Source: a virus. Taken from it: DNA of 64,000 nt. Position 1 is the stretch's first letter. Every line of letters starts with the position of its first letter. Positions 1 through 9,980 of the stretch are shown here, one piece after another. The DNA is taken from IMG/VR virus record IMGVR_UViG_3300021168_000013; one strand, written 5' to 3'. The position numbers and the translations under genes are program-made. Under the pieces are notes generated by a model, which searched no databases, had not been told where the DNA came from, and saw only the letters and a list, made by a program, of their open reading frames with translations.

Positions 1-24
1 AATTAAACTATAAAGGAAAAATAT

Positions 25-1770
25 ATGAGTGATATTAAGTCATTATTGACAAATAATCAAAACCCTCAGACCCGTTTGATGGAAGAAACCCGTCAATTGC
101 GTGGTAAGTGGGAAAAGACTGGCTTGCTTGAAGGTCTTAAAGGGATTGATCAAGCTAACATGTCTATCTTGCTTGAAAATCAAGCACAACAACTATTAGG
201 TGAATCTACCGCTACCGGTACTTCCGCAAACAGTGAACAATGGGCTGGCGTAGCTCTCCCACTCGTTCGTCGTGTGTTTGCTGAAATCGCTGCGAAGGAA
301 TTCGTCAGTGTTCAGCCTATGAACCTCCCATCTGGTCTTATTTTCTACTTGGATTTCAAGTATGGTAATACCGTTGAAGGTAAAGTATCGAACAACTCGT
401 TGTTCGGTGGTAACGGCATCAAATATGGTTCTACCGACGCAGCCGTTGGTGGTCTTTATGGTGCTGGTTCTGGTTACTACACAGTTAACCAATACACAAG
501 TTCTGCTTACAGTGTAACTTCTTCTGCTGCTATCGCCACAACGGTAACACCAGATGCATATTATTCTGCTAGTGCCAATGACTTGCAATATGACAGTACC
601 TACACAAGTGGTAGTGTTGTCACAACGGCAAATCTTTGGAGAATCGACGTGAATCTTAGTGCGAACTTCTCAAGTTCTGATTTCGCAATCAATGATTCGT
701 CCCTCCCATTAAGTAACATCTTCAATGCTGACTTAAACAGTGTTCGTGGATGGTTCTTGTCAGGCAGTTCTTATACAACTCTCGGACAATTCAATCAAGC
801 TAGAAACATTGGAACGCTCTCCGCTCCACAATATGTTGCTACCTTAGTTGTTTCTGGTGCTATCAATGGTGGTACTGGTTCAAATGCCTTCGGTTACATC
901 GCTTATCAGAAGCAGCCGAATGACAATAGTCGTGGTGATTTCGAAGATGCAAATCCAGCGTCATCCAACGTATTGAACAGTATTGGTATTCCTGAAGTCA
1001 ATTTGCAACTCAATAGTGAACCTATTGTTGCTAAGACTCGTAAGTTGAAAGCCGTTTGGACACCTGAATTGGCCCAAGACTTGAACGCCTATCACAGTAT
1101 TGATGCAGAAGCTGAATTGACTGCATTATTGAGTGAATATGTATCGATGGAAATCGACCTCGAAATCCTCGACATGTTAATCACTGCTGCTCCAGCTTCC
1201 ACAACGGATGCATGGTCTGCATTTATCGGACGTGAACTTGTTAAGAACCCTGTCGTTACTGGACAACCAGCTAACTTCACTGTTCAGCAAGATAACAGTT
1301 ACAAGACTGCTTACGTCAAATCCACATGGTTCCAAACTCTTGGTAACAAGATTCAAAAAGTAAGTAACACTATTCACCAGTTGACTCTCCGTGGTGGTGC
1401 TAACTTCTTAGTTTGTTCTCCATCTGTCGCAACGGTCTTGGAATCGATCCCGGGCTATGTTGTTAACACTGACGGTGATAGTGCCAAGTTCGCAATGGGC
1501 GTGTCTCGTGTTGGTAGCTTCGCAAGTCGCTTCCAAGTCTACAAGAACCCATACATGACTGAAAACGTCATCTTGGTTGGTTTCCGTGGAAATAACTTCC
1601 TCGAAACTGGTGCAGTATATGCTCCATACATCCCACTCGTTCAGACTCCATTGGTGTACGATCCAATTAACTTCACGCCAAGACGTGGTGTATTGACCCG
1701 TTATGCTAAAAAGGTGGTCCGCCCCGAATTTTACGGAAAAATCTATGTTGCGGACTTGAACCAAGTCTAA
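25..1770 (+). CDS. gp23: Major capsid protein, T4 gp23-like (precursor)
   Basis: Hallmark motifs ALPLVRRVF, VSVQPMNLPSGLIFYLDFKY, AKTRKLKAVWTPELAQDLNAYHSIDAEAEL, YAPYIPL, PRRGVLTRYA; 581 aa. Confidence 0.97.
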   Translation: MSDIKSLLTNNQNPQTRLMEETRQLRGKWEKTGLLEGLKGIDQANMSILLENQAQQLLGESTATGTSANSEQWAGVALPLVRRVFAEIAAKEFVSVQPMNLPSGLIFYLDFKYGNTVEGKVSNNSLFGGNGIKYGSTDAAVGGLYGAGSGYYTVNQYTSSAYSVTSSAAIATTVTPDAYYSASANDLQYDSTYTSGSVVTTANLWRIDVNLSANFSSSDFAINDSSLPLSNIFNADLNSVRGWFLSGSSYTTLGQFNQARNIGTLSAPQYVATLVVSGAINGGTGSNAFGYIAYQKQPNDNSRGDFEDANPASSNVLNSIGIPEVNLQLNSEPIVAKTRKLKAVWTPELAQDLNAYHSIDAEAELTALLSEYVSMEIDLEILDMLITAAPASTTDAWSAFIGRELVKNPVVTGQPANFTVQQDNSYKTAYVKSTWFQTLGNKIQKVSNTIHQLTLRGGANFLVCSPSVATVLESIPGYVVNTDGDSAKFAMGVSRVGSFASRFQVYKNPYMTENVILVGFRGNNFLETGAVYAPYIPLVQTPLVYDPINFTPRRGVLTRYAKKVVRPEFYGKIYVADLNQV

Positions 1771-1795
1771 TCATAAACGTAAATATAATAATCAC

Positions 1796-1826
1796 AAAAC
1801 CCCTGTAAACACAGGGGTTTTTCTTT
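1796..1826 (+). terminator. Rho-independent terminator after the major capsid gene
   Basis: aaaacccctgt-aaac-acaggggtttt perfect stem followed by a T-rich tract. Confidence 0.85.
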
Positions 1827-1875
1827 GTCTTAAAATAAAATTAAACTTTACCATAAATGTCCAATATGTATATAC

Positions 1876-2640
1876 ATGAGCACGAATATTGGGATATATA
1901 AAATAACAAACAAACAAAATGGAAAGTTCTATATCGGTTCATCTAAACAGATTGATCGTCGATGGTGGGAACACAAAAATGATTTAATTAAAAATAAACA
2001 TCATAATATTAAACTACAACATGCGTGGAATTATTATGGGTCAGATGCGTTCGATTTTATAATAATTGAAGAGGTAACTGCTGATAAATTATTAGAGCGG
2101 GAAGATTTCTATTTAAACACATTTAGACCATATATACGAGATATAGGTTATAATATAAATGATGTCGCTTCCGGTGGTGATTGGTTCACTAATCATCCAG
2201 ATAAAGAAAAATATAGATTAATATATTCACAAATGTCTTCGGGTAAGAACAATGCAATGTATGGCAAATCTCATTCAGAAGAATCGATTAATTTACAGAA
2301 GACACAGGCAATTGGTAGATATACATTGGAATGGTTTAAGAAGAAATGTGGTGATATTGATGGTGAGATTAAATATAAAGAACGAAACGAGAAATTAAAA
2401 AATAGGAAAATGAATTATAGTTACGACAATGGTTTGACTGGAACAACTAGAGAACCAATGTCACAAGATAACAAAAATAAAATATCAAGTAATAAAGCTA
2501 GATTAAAGTTATTAAAGCCTCAAATATTTGATGATATTAGGAGTGAATTATATACAATCAGTTTTTTGGCTGATAAGTATAAAACATCAACCACAATGAT
2601 AAAATACTATAAAAAACAAATTAAAAAGGGTATTGTTTAA
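1876..2640 (+). CDS. Free-standing GIY-YIG homing endonuclease with NUMOD3-like DNA-binding motif
   Basis: N-terminal IGIYKITNKQNGKFYIGSS...RWWEH...LQHAWNYYG...E; later MYGKSHSEES (NUMOD3-like). Confidence 0.9.
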   Translation: MSTNIGIYKITNKQNGKFYIGSSKQIDRRWWEHKNDLIKNKHHNIKLQHAWNYYGSDAFDFIIIEEVTADKLLEREDFYLNTFRPYIRDIGYNINDVASGGDWFTNHPDKEKYRLIYSQMSSGKNNAMYGKSHSEESINLQKTQAIGRYTLEWFKKKCGDIDGEIKYKERNEKLKNRKMNYSYDNGLTGTTREPMSQDNKNKISSNKARLKLLKPQIFDDIRSELYTISFLADKYKTSTTMIKYYKKQIKKGIV

Positions 2641-2648
2641 ATTACGTA

Positions 2649-2657
2649 ATATTTATA
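2649..2657 (+). promoter_or_regulatory. Representative late-promoter-like motif ATATTTAT(A/T)
   Basis: Same 9-mer 4 nt before ATG at 2662, 4402, 17620, 17892 and 47365, and upstream of other structural genes. Confidence 0.6.
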
Positions 2658-2661
2658 CTAT

Positions 2662-3876
2662 ATGCCACAACAACAATTTAACAATTCATTGATTAGATGG
2701 CCGGGCAGCGGCAGTGCAGTAAACCTATCAACTGTGCCATATGGATACTACCTTAACGAATCTGGCGTCAATACGTCTAGTTTGGGGTCATTTGAGTACG
2801 ATTGCTATACATCAGCGATTTGGGCGGGCAAACGACTAGGCTATCCTATTGTTGATATAGAAATGATAGATGTTAATTTTTACAGTTGTTTTGAAGAAGC
2901 CGTCAACGAATATGGTTCTCAAGTAAATCAATTTAACATAATAAACAATCTATTAAATCTTCAAGGAATGAACATCAGTCAGAATCCTAACATTAGTGGA
3001 TTAAACGTTGTTGGTTCAGGATTGCCACAAATAGTTAGAATTGCCCAAGATTATGGTAGTTTAATTGGGGTTGGTGGTAATGTTGATGTGAAAAGAGTTC
3101 CTGTCCCAGTTAATCCTGCTCAACAAGAATATGATCTACAAGCATTAATCGGTGACGTTTATGAATCGGGGAGTGCAATTGAATTACGTAGATTGTTCCA
3201 TACAGACTTTTCTCCGGCATTTGCTCGTATTTATGACCCATTTTCCATGACGGGAATGAGTTATAGTAACGTATTGAATGAAATGGGTTTTGCTGGATAT
3301 TCTCCTGCAACACAATTCTTGATGACTCCGTTATTTGAGGACTTATTAAGAGGACAAGCTATTCAATTTAATGATTTAATAAGAAAGAGTGCCTTTACAT
3401 TTGAGTTGGTCAACAATAAATTAAGGTTATTCCCTATCCCAACATATCCCATGAATATATATGTTGATTACGTGGTAGTAAGTGATTATGTGAGTAGTGC
3501 TAATTTGTTTACATCTGGAAGCAATTATGCCGTAGTTAGTGATTACAGTAATGTGCCTTATCAAGAAGTTAAATATAGCAAATTAAACTCAGTTGCTAGA
3601 CAGTGGATTAGAAAGTTTTTCTTGGCATTATGTAAAGAGAATCTTGGAAGAATATTACAGAAATACAGTACCGTTCCTATTCCGGGAGGTGAAGTAACCT
3701 TAGATGGTAGTGAATTAAGAAGTGAAGCTACTGCTGAAAAAGAAGTTTTAATGTCACAATTGAGAGAAAATTTGGAAGCCAGTGGGCGTTCAGCATTAAT
3801 GGATGCAAAAGCCAACGAAGCTGAAAAGATGCAGGATACCTTAAAAATGGTTCCTCTTGGGATCTATATATATTAA
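2662..3876 (+). CDS. Neck / head-completion protein, T4 gp13-like
   Basis: RLGYPIVDIEM...FEEAVNEY and C-terminal WIRKFFLALCKENLGRILQKYSTVPIPGGEVTLDGSELRSEA; position after capsid. Confidence 0.8.
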   Translation: MPQQQFNNSLIRWPGSGSAVNLSTVPYGYYLNESGVNTSSLGSFEYDCYTSAIWAGKRLGYPIVDIEMIDVNFYSCFEEAVNEYGSQVNQFNIINNLLNLQGMNISQNPNISGLNVVGSGLPQIVRIAQDYGSLIGVGGNVDVKRVPVPVNPAQQEYDLQALIGDVYESGSAIELRRLFHTDFSPAFARIYDPFSMTGMSYSNVLNEMGFAGYSPATQFLMTPLFEDLLRGQAIQFNDLIRKSAFTFELVNNKLRLFPIPTYPMNIYVDYVVVSDYVSSANLFTSGSNYAVVSDYSNVPYQEVKYSKLNSVARQWIRKFFLALCKENLGRILQKYSTVPIPGGEVTLDGSELRSEATAEKEVLMSQLRENLEASGRSALMDAKANEAEKMQDTLKMVPLGIYIY

Positions 3877-3879
3877 ATT

Positions 3880-4359
3880 ATGAGTGATTATTTTGGTAGA
3901 TATTTCAGTGATCGTGATAGGAATCTTGTTAGTGCATTAAATAATGAACTAAAGAATAATATAGTTGAGGTATATATTACCGCATTCACTATTGCTCCTA
4001 ATCAGACAAAGACGAATATCTATGGTGAATCGGTTGCTGCCACAGGTAAGAGTTTTTATCCCGGTATTGATATTTATTGTTGGATCGAACGTGCTGATTT
4101 AACTAATAGAAATGAAGGTTTCGGTAGCGACAAAACTCAAGATTTAGAGTTTAGATTTACCGAAGAAGATTTGCGTAATGCAAGTTATTATCCACAAAGC
4201 GGTGATGTATTTTTCTTCAATCAGCGTTATTATGAGATAGAGAATATTTTTAATGATAAACAATTATTGGGTGGGCAACCAGACAAAAACCTATCAATTA
4301 TAGCCAAATCTCATTACACCAAGATATCTTCGCTCAATGTTATATCCAGACAAGTGTAA
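3880..4359 (+). CDS. Neck / head-closure protein, T4 gp14-like
   Basis: TKTNIYGES...F...YPQSGDVFFFNQRYYEIEN pattern; synteny between gp13-like and gp15-like genes. Confidence 0.7.
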   Translation: MSDYFGRYFSDRDRNLVSALNNELKNNIVEVYITAFTIAPNQTKTNIYGESVAATGKSFYPGIDIYCWIERADLTNRNEGFGSDKTQDLEFRFTEEDLRNASYYPQSGDVFFFNQRYYEIENIFNDKQLLGGQPDKNLSIIAKSHYTKISSLNVISRQV

Positions 4360-4401
4360 TAAAAATTGTATAATGATATCACTTATGCATATTTATTATA
4401 T

Positions 4402-5556
4402 ATGAGTTGGCAAGGAAATCCTAATAATAATCCACCTAATAATGTAGAATTACCTGACAGTGTCAGTGAATTAAACATAGGTGAAAATCGCGCTTTTAAT
4501 ACAAGACGTGATACCGATACTGTAAAAAACCCAACGGTTACATTGGAGGATATAGATTCCACAATCATAACACATCTCAGAGATTACATAAGTCCAACGG
4601 TCGTTACTAATGGTGACACTCGTGTAAAAGTTCCTGTAATATACGGTAGTCCAGAAAGATGGAAATCTGCCCAAATCGATGGGGTTTTCAAGGATTATAA
4701 CGGAAAAATTCAAGCACCAGTGATTGTTATAAAAAGAAGTAGTTTTACAAAAAATGAAAATTTAATGACTTTGAATAGACATCTACAATTCCCTGTGATG
4801 ACCAGATATACAGAGAAAAATAAATATGATAAGTTCAGCTTACTAACAAAAGCGGTGGTACCTGTCAATTCTATTTACATGGTTACGTTGCCAGATCATA
4901 TTAAAATCACTTACGATATCATGGTGTGGACAGATTTAGTTGAACAATTAAATGGAATCATTGAAAAGATTAACTTTGCTACGGAAGATTATTGGGGAGA
5001 TAAGAAACGTTATCAATTCCGTGTATATGCTAATGATTATTCAACTCCTATTGAGGTTGAGGATGGTGATGATAGATTAGTTCGTTGTGAATTATCATTA
5101 ACTGTTATGGGATATCTATTACCAGATAGTTTCGAAGATAGAAAACTTACAACACAAAAGATGTTGACTCCTAGACAGGTTATAGTTACTAGCGAGGTTG
5201 ATAGTAAAAATCCAAATGGGAATGGTAATGATAAGAAAAACAAAACTGTGTATAAAGATAATTTTATTGAGTTAGCTGAAGAAGCTCCACATTTAAATCC
5301 TCCTAAGATATCTTTTGGTGGAGATGTTGCTCCTGTTGTTACATTACAGAAGATACAGAATGCATATTCTAATTTGATTTCGGTGACAGATATAGGAAAC
5401 AGCGGTGGAACTTCTACCGTATGGCATTTTCCTCCTCCTGTGAACGCAACTGACCCGGGACAGGAAGGATGGATGTCGTATGATTCAAATTTTCATTATA
5501 TTTATGTTAACGGAGTTTGGAAGAGACAAGCTTTAACTGGATTTACACAATTTTAA
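4402..5556 (+). CDS. Tail terminator / tail-completion protein, T4 gp15-like, with C-terminal extension
   Basis: VPVIYGSPERWKSAQ...APVIVIKR, YDIMVWTDLVEQLNGIIE motifs; ATG at 4402 follows the late-type motif (track start 4366 is TTG). Confidence 0.75.
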   Translation: MSWQGNPNNNPPNNVELPDSVSELNIGENRAFNTRRDTDTVKNPTVTLEDIDSTIITHLRDYISPTVVTNGDTRVKVPVIYGSPERWKSAQIDGVFKDYNGKIQAPVIVIKRSSFTKNENLMTLNRHLQFPVMTRYTEKNKYDKFSLLTKAVVPVNSIYMVTLPDHIKITYDIMVWTDLVEQLNGIIEKINFATEDYWGDKKRYQFRVYANDYSTPIEVEDGDDRLVRCELSLTVMGYLLPDSFEDRKLTTQKMLTPRQVIVTSEVDSKNPNGNGNDKKNKTVYKDNFIELAEEAPHLNPPKISFGGDVAPVVTLQKIQNAYSNLISVTDIGNSGGTSTVWHFPPPVNATDPGQEGWMSYDSNFHYIYVNGVWKRQALTGFTQF

Positions 5557-5557
5557 A

Positions 5558-8500
5558 ATGATTCTTACACCATATACAATTCTTGTGGCACAAGTTGATG
5601 ATTCCGGCAGCCAGATCAATGAAGTTCATATATCTGGAAGCAATTTAACATTGCAGACAGACAACACTGGATTATTAATCGGATCAACAGTTTCTGGAAT
5701 ATCAAGTTCATACGCGTTGTCAGCAAGTTATACGCCAAACTCTGATACAGCGAGTTATTATAATGGGAATATAATAAATAATCAATTACCAATTGAAATC
5801 AATATATTGGGTGTTACTGCATCATTTCTAGGCAATTTGATCGGAACTAGTAGTTTAAGTAATAATTCAATAAATAGTATATCAGCATCATATGTACCTA
5901 ATTTATATCCAGTAACTAGTGTTCCTACTGCATCATTTTCATCAGCTAGTATAAGTTCCAGCTATGCGACAACTGCTGGTATATCTATTTCCTTTACTAG
6001 TAGTATTTTAAACAATCAATTACCAAATCAGATAAATGTCACAGGAATAACTGCATCATTTTCTGGTTCTATGTTAGGTACGTCTAGTTGGTCTAATAAT
6101 AGTTCGACATCTTCTTATATAAATGCAAGCGGTGTAAATGGAACTATATTGAGTGCGAGTTATTCCATAAGTTCGTCATATTCATCAACACAATTACCTG
6201 ATATTACAGATAATACATCCATTCACTACATTGGGGTTAATCAACCAAATCCACAATATCAATTGGATGTTAATGGTATAATAGGAAATAGTCATAATTC
6301 TACATGGCTGGCATTGGGAGGGAATAAAACACTATCTATCGGAGACGTATTAAACGTTTCAAATGATGCTACATTAAATACTGATGGTACGAATTTTTGG
6401 TTTAGTCCAAGTGGAATAAGAGTTGGTGTGGGTGGAATAACAGCTCCAGTAAATACTTTGGATGTAGTAGGTAACATTTCATGTTCTGTATTAACTGCAA
6501 GTTTACTTTATGGTACGGCTAGTTTGAGTAATAATTCTTTAACGGCTTCATATGTATCCTCTGGAAATGTCGTCGGAACAGTAACAAGTGCATCATACTC
6601 ATTGAGTGCATCTTATGTGCCAAATTTATATCCCGTGATCAATGTTCCTACTGCTTCTTTTGCATCATCCAGTATAAGTTCCAGTTACTCAACGTTGGCC
6701 GGAACAGCTACTATATACAATGGAAATATAATAAATAGTCAATTACCTACACAAATTAATGTAATCGGAATAACAGCATCATTTACAGGAAGTTTACTTG
6801 GTACGTCAAGTTGGAGTAGTAATAGTTTAACAGCGTCATATATATTAGCATCAAATATTGTAGGAACTGTAAATAGTGCATCATATAGTCTAAGTTCATC
6901 ATATACTATAAATACACTATCAGCATCTCATGCATTAATATCAGATTCAGCAAGTTATATCGATGCAAGTGGCATTAACACTGGAACATTAAATAATTTA
7001 AGATTGCCATCACAAATAAATGTTACAGGAATAACATCTAGTCAGTATGGTACATCGAGTTGGAGCAATAATAGTTTGACTTCTTCTTATATGAATGCTG
7101 GAGGAATTTTCGGCACAGTTAATAGCGCATCATACTCTTTAAGTTCTAGTTATTCAATAGTTGCTGGTACAGCTAATTTATTTAACGGAAATATAACAAA
7201 TGGCCAGCTTCCATCTCAAATTAACGTTACTGGTATAACAGCCAGTCATCTTGGTACTTCTAGCTGGAGTAGTAATTCTATATCAGCATCATATGCTCCA
7301 GTAACGTTGATATCTGGAAATACCTATACAATTACATCCTCATGGAGTAATAATAGTTTGACTTCCTCATATTTAATAGGATCTGTGACAAGTGCATCAT
7401 ATGCATTAAACTCCACGACTGCATCTGTATATATAGGTAATATAATTAACGGACAATTACCATCCCAAATCAGTGTTACTGGTATTACTGCATCATTCAC
7501 TGGAAGTTTAGTGGGATCGTTAACTGGTACATCCAGTTGGAGTAATAACTCTTTGACATCTTCATATTTGATAGGATCAATTACCAGTGCATCATATGCA
7601 TTAAGTTCATCTTATTCTACAACGGCTGGAACTGCTAGTAATTTTCTTGGGGCTATAACGAATGGTCAATTACCGTCACAAATAAATATTACTGGAATCA
7701 CTGCATCGGTCGTTGGTACATCTAGTTGGAGTAGTAATTCATTAACGGCTTCATATGTGTCCTCTGCAAACATCATTGGGACAGTAACGAGTGCATCATA
7801 TTCATTGAGCGCATCATATGCGCCAACCATATTAATTACAGGAAACACATATCCAATAACTTCTAGTTGGTCAAACAACACTATTTCATCAAGTTATATT
7901 GATGGAGGTAATATAGGTACTGGTACAATAAATAACTCAAGACTTCCTTCTCAGATAAATGTGACTGGTGTAACAGCTTCACTTTTAGGAACTTCTAGTT
8001 GGAGTAGTAATTCAATTTCATCTAGTTACATAGATGCGGGTAATATCAGTACAGGAACATTAAGTAATTCAAGATTACCGTCCCAAATTAATGTCACTGG
8101 TATCACATCAAGTCATTTTGGTACATCCAGTTGGAGCAATAACTCTATTTCATCCAGTTATTTGAGTGGTGGCGCGGTTGTTCCATTTATAAATGTATCT
8201 CCTATATTAATTCCTACTGGTTCGTTTGTTAATAGCGCGGCTGCCATATTCAATATAACAAGTAGTGTTGGTTCGGGATCAAATATATTTGGTAATATCA
8301 ATGTATTGGTTGCAACTGGCAGTGCTTATGGATTAGTTATAGCCGCTAGTGGAAGTGTTACATCATATGCTATTAGTGCTAGTAATGGATCAATAATAGC
8401 TAATGGTTTTTCTGGTAGTCTTTTAGGAACAGCAAGTTTATCAACAAATTCTGTTACGGCATCATATGGAGTAAGTTCAAGTTATTCAACCAACGCTTTT

Positions 8501-9967
8501 TCTGCATCTTATGCGCCGACAATACTAATCACTGGAAACACTTATACTGTCACATCAAGTTGGGCTAATAACTCAATATCGACAAGTTATATTGATGCAG
8601 GAAATATAAGCACAGGAACTTTGAATAATTCAAGGTTACCATCACAGATCAATGTTACTGGTGTTACTGCATCATTTGTTGGCAACTTAACAGGAACATC
8701 TAGTTGGAGTAGTAATTCTATAAATAGTACATCTGCATCATATGTATCCGCTGGAAACGTTGTTGGTACAGTATCAAGTGCATCTTATTCGTTAAATTCG
8801 ACTACAGCCGCAATTTATAATGGAAATATAATAAATGGTCAGTTGCCGTCACAAATTAATATTACTGGTATTACAGCTTCCTTGGTTGGAACATCTAGTT
8901 GGAGTAGTAATTGTTTAACCTCGAACACAGCCTCATATGTATTGGCATCAAATATCACAGGTACTGTAACTAGTGCGTCATATAGTATAAGTTCAAGTTA
9001 TGCCTCAATTGCTGGAACGGCAAATAATTTTAATGGTAATATAACTAACGGACAACTACCATCACAGATCAATGTCACAGGAATTACTGCATCATTATTG
9101 GGGACTTCAAGCTGGAGTACAAACTCAATTAACAGTACATCTGCTTCATATGCTCCAGCTATTTTAATTACTGGAAATACTTATAATATAACATCAAGCT
9201 GGAGCAATAATAGTTTAACGGCATCATATTTAAATGGATTTATTACTAGTGCATCATATGCTCTCACTGCATCGTATGCTTCAAATGGTGGAAGTGGCGG
9301 AACCAATTTAACAACTGGATCAACGTATCCAATAACATCATCTTGGAGTAATTACTCAATAACATCCAGTTATGTGACTGGAAGTAATGCGCTAGTTACA
9401 ACTTACAGTGGATCATATGTGTCACTTACAGGAAACAAATATAATTCATTTGAGAGTTATCAAAGTTTTGAGGGATACACTGAGTTTAATATAATCAACA
9501 CGACCAGCAGTGTATCGGCTTCCAGTGATTTAATTGCGACTAATAATTCAGGATCATCAACCACATACTATATTGATGTTGGTATAAATGGAACTAATTA
9601 TAACCAAGGATTTATAGGAAGCAATAATGATTCATATGTATATAACACCGGCAGCAATTTATATATTGGTACAATAACTCCTAATACTAGTCTTTATTTG
9701 TTTGCAGGTGGATACATTAACACTAGTTCAGTGGTATTAACTTCTACTGGGAAATTTGGTATTGGTTTAATAAACCCCGCAAATTCTTTAGACGTTATCG
9801 GTAATATAAGTTGTTCAACGATTACAGCAAGTATGTTTGGCACATCAAGTTACGCAAATACTTCATCGTTTTTAAGACTGTTTAATCAACAGACTGGTAA
9901 ATGGTATGCCATAATAATTTCTGGTTCTTTAGGCAATGAAACGTTGCAGATAAGTGGATCAATGTAA
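5558..9967 (+). CDS. Very large Ser/Thr/Gly-rich repetitive fibre-like virion protein (1469 aa)
   Basis: 12 copies of (Q/R)LP-x-(Q/E)I(N/S)-x-x-G-x-T plus many GTSSWSxNS / SASY repeats; very few charged residues; in structural operon. Confidence 0.75.
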   Translation: MILTPYTILVAQVDDSGSQINEVHISGSNLTLQTDNTGLLIGSTVSGISSSYALSASYTPNSDTASYYNGNIINNQLPIEINILGVTASFLGNLIGTSSLSNNSINSISASYVPNLYPVTSVPTASFSSASISSSYATTAGISISFTSSILNNQLPNQINVTGITASFSGSMLGTSSWSNNSSTSSYINASGVNGTILSASYSISSSYSSTQLPDITDNTSIHYIGVNQPNPQYQLDVNGIIGNSHNSTWLALGGNKTLSIGDVLNVSNDATLNTDGTNFWFSPSGIRVGVGGITAPVNTLDVVGNISCSVLTASLLYGTASLSNNSLTASYVSSGNVVGTVTSASYSLSASYVPNLYPVINVPTASFASSSISSSYSTLAGTATIYNGNIINSQLPTQINVIGITASFTGSLLGTSSWSSNSLTASYILASNIVGTVNSASYSLSSSYTINTLSASHALISDSASYIDASGINTGTLNNLRLPSQINVTGITSSQYGTSSWSNNSLTSSYMNAGGIFGTVNSASYSLSSSYSIVAGTANLFNGNITNGQLPSQINVTGITASHLGTSSWSSNSISASYAPVTLISGNTYTITSSWSNNSLTSSYLIGSVTSASYALNSTTASVYIGNIINGQLPSQISVTGITASFTGSLVGSLTGTSSWSNNSLTSSYLIGSITSASYALSSSYSTTAGTASNFLGAITNGQLPSQINITGITASVVGTSSWSSNSLTASYVSSANIIGTVTSASYSLSASYAPTILITGNTYPITSSWSNNTISSSYIDGGNIGTGTINNSRLPSQINVTGVTASLLGTSSWSSNSISSSYIDAGNISTGTLSNSRLPSQINVTGITSSHFGTSSWSNNSISSSYLSGGAVVPFINVSPILIPTGSFVNSAAAIFNITSSVGSGSNIFGNINVLVATGSAYGLVIAASGSVTSYAISASNGSIIANGFSGSLLGTASLSTNSVTASYGVSSSYSTNAFSASYAPTILITGNTYTVTSSWANNSISTSYIDAGNISTGTLNNSRLPSQINVTGVTASFVGNLTGTSSWSSNSINSTSASYVSAGNVVGTVSSASYSLNSTTAAIYNGNIINGQLPSQINITGITASLVGTSSWSSNCLTSNTASYVLASNITGTVTSASYSISSSYASIAGTANNFNGNITNGQLPSQINVTGITASLLGTSSWSTNSINSTSASYAPAILITGNTYNITSSWSNNSLTASYLNGFITSASYALTASYASNGGSGGTNLTTGSTYPITSSWSNYSITSSYVTGSNALVTTYSGSYVSLTGNKYNSFESYQSFEGYTEFNIINTTSSVSASSDLIATNNSGSSTTYYIDVGINGTNYNQGFIGSNNDSYVYNTGSNLYIGTITPNTSLYLFAGGYINTSSVVLTSTGKFGIGLINPANSLDVIGNISCSTITASMFGTSSYANTSSFLRLFNQQTGKWYAIIISGSLGNETLQISGSM
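6191..6487 (+). repeat. 99-codon module duplicated at 12405-12701
   Basis: QLPDITDNTSIHYIGVNQ...GNISCS vs QLSDITDNTSVHYIGINQ...GNISCS. Confidence 0.85.
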
Positions 9968-9980
9968 TATGTATATGTGT

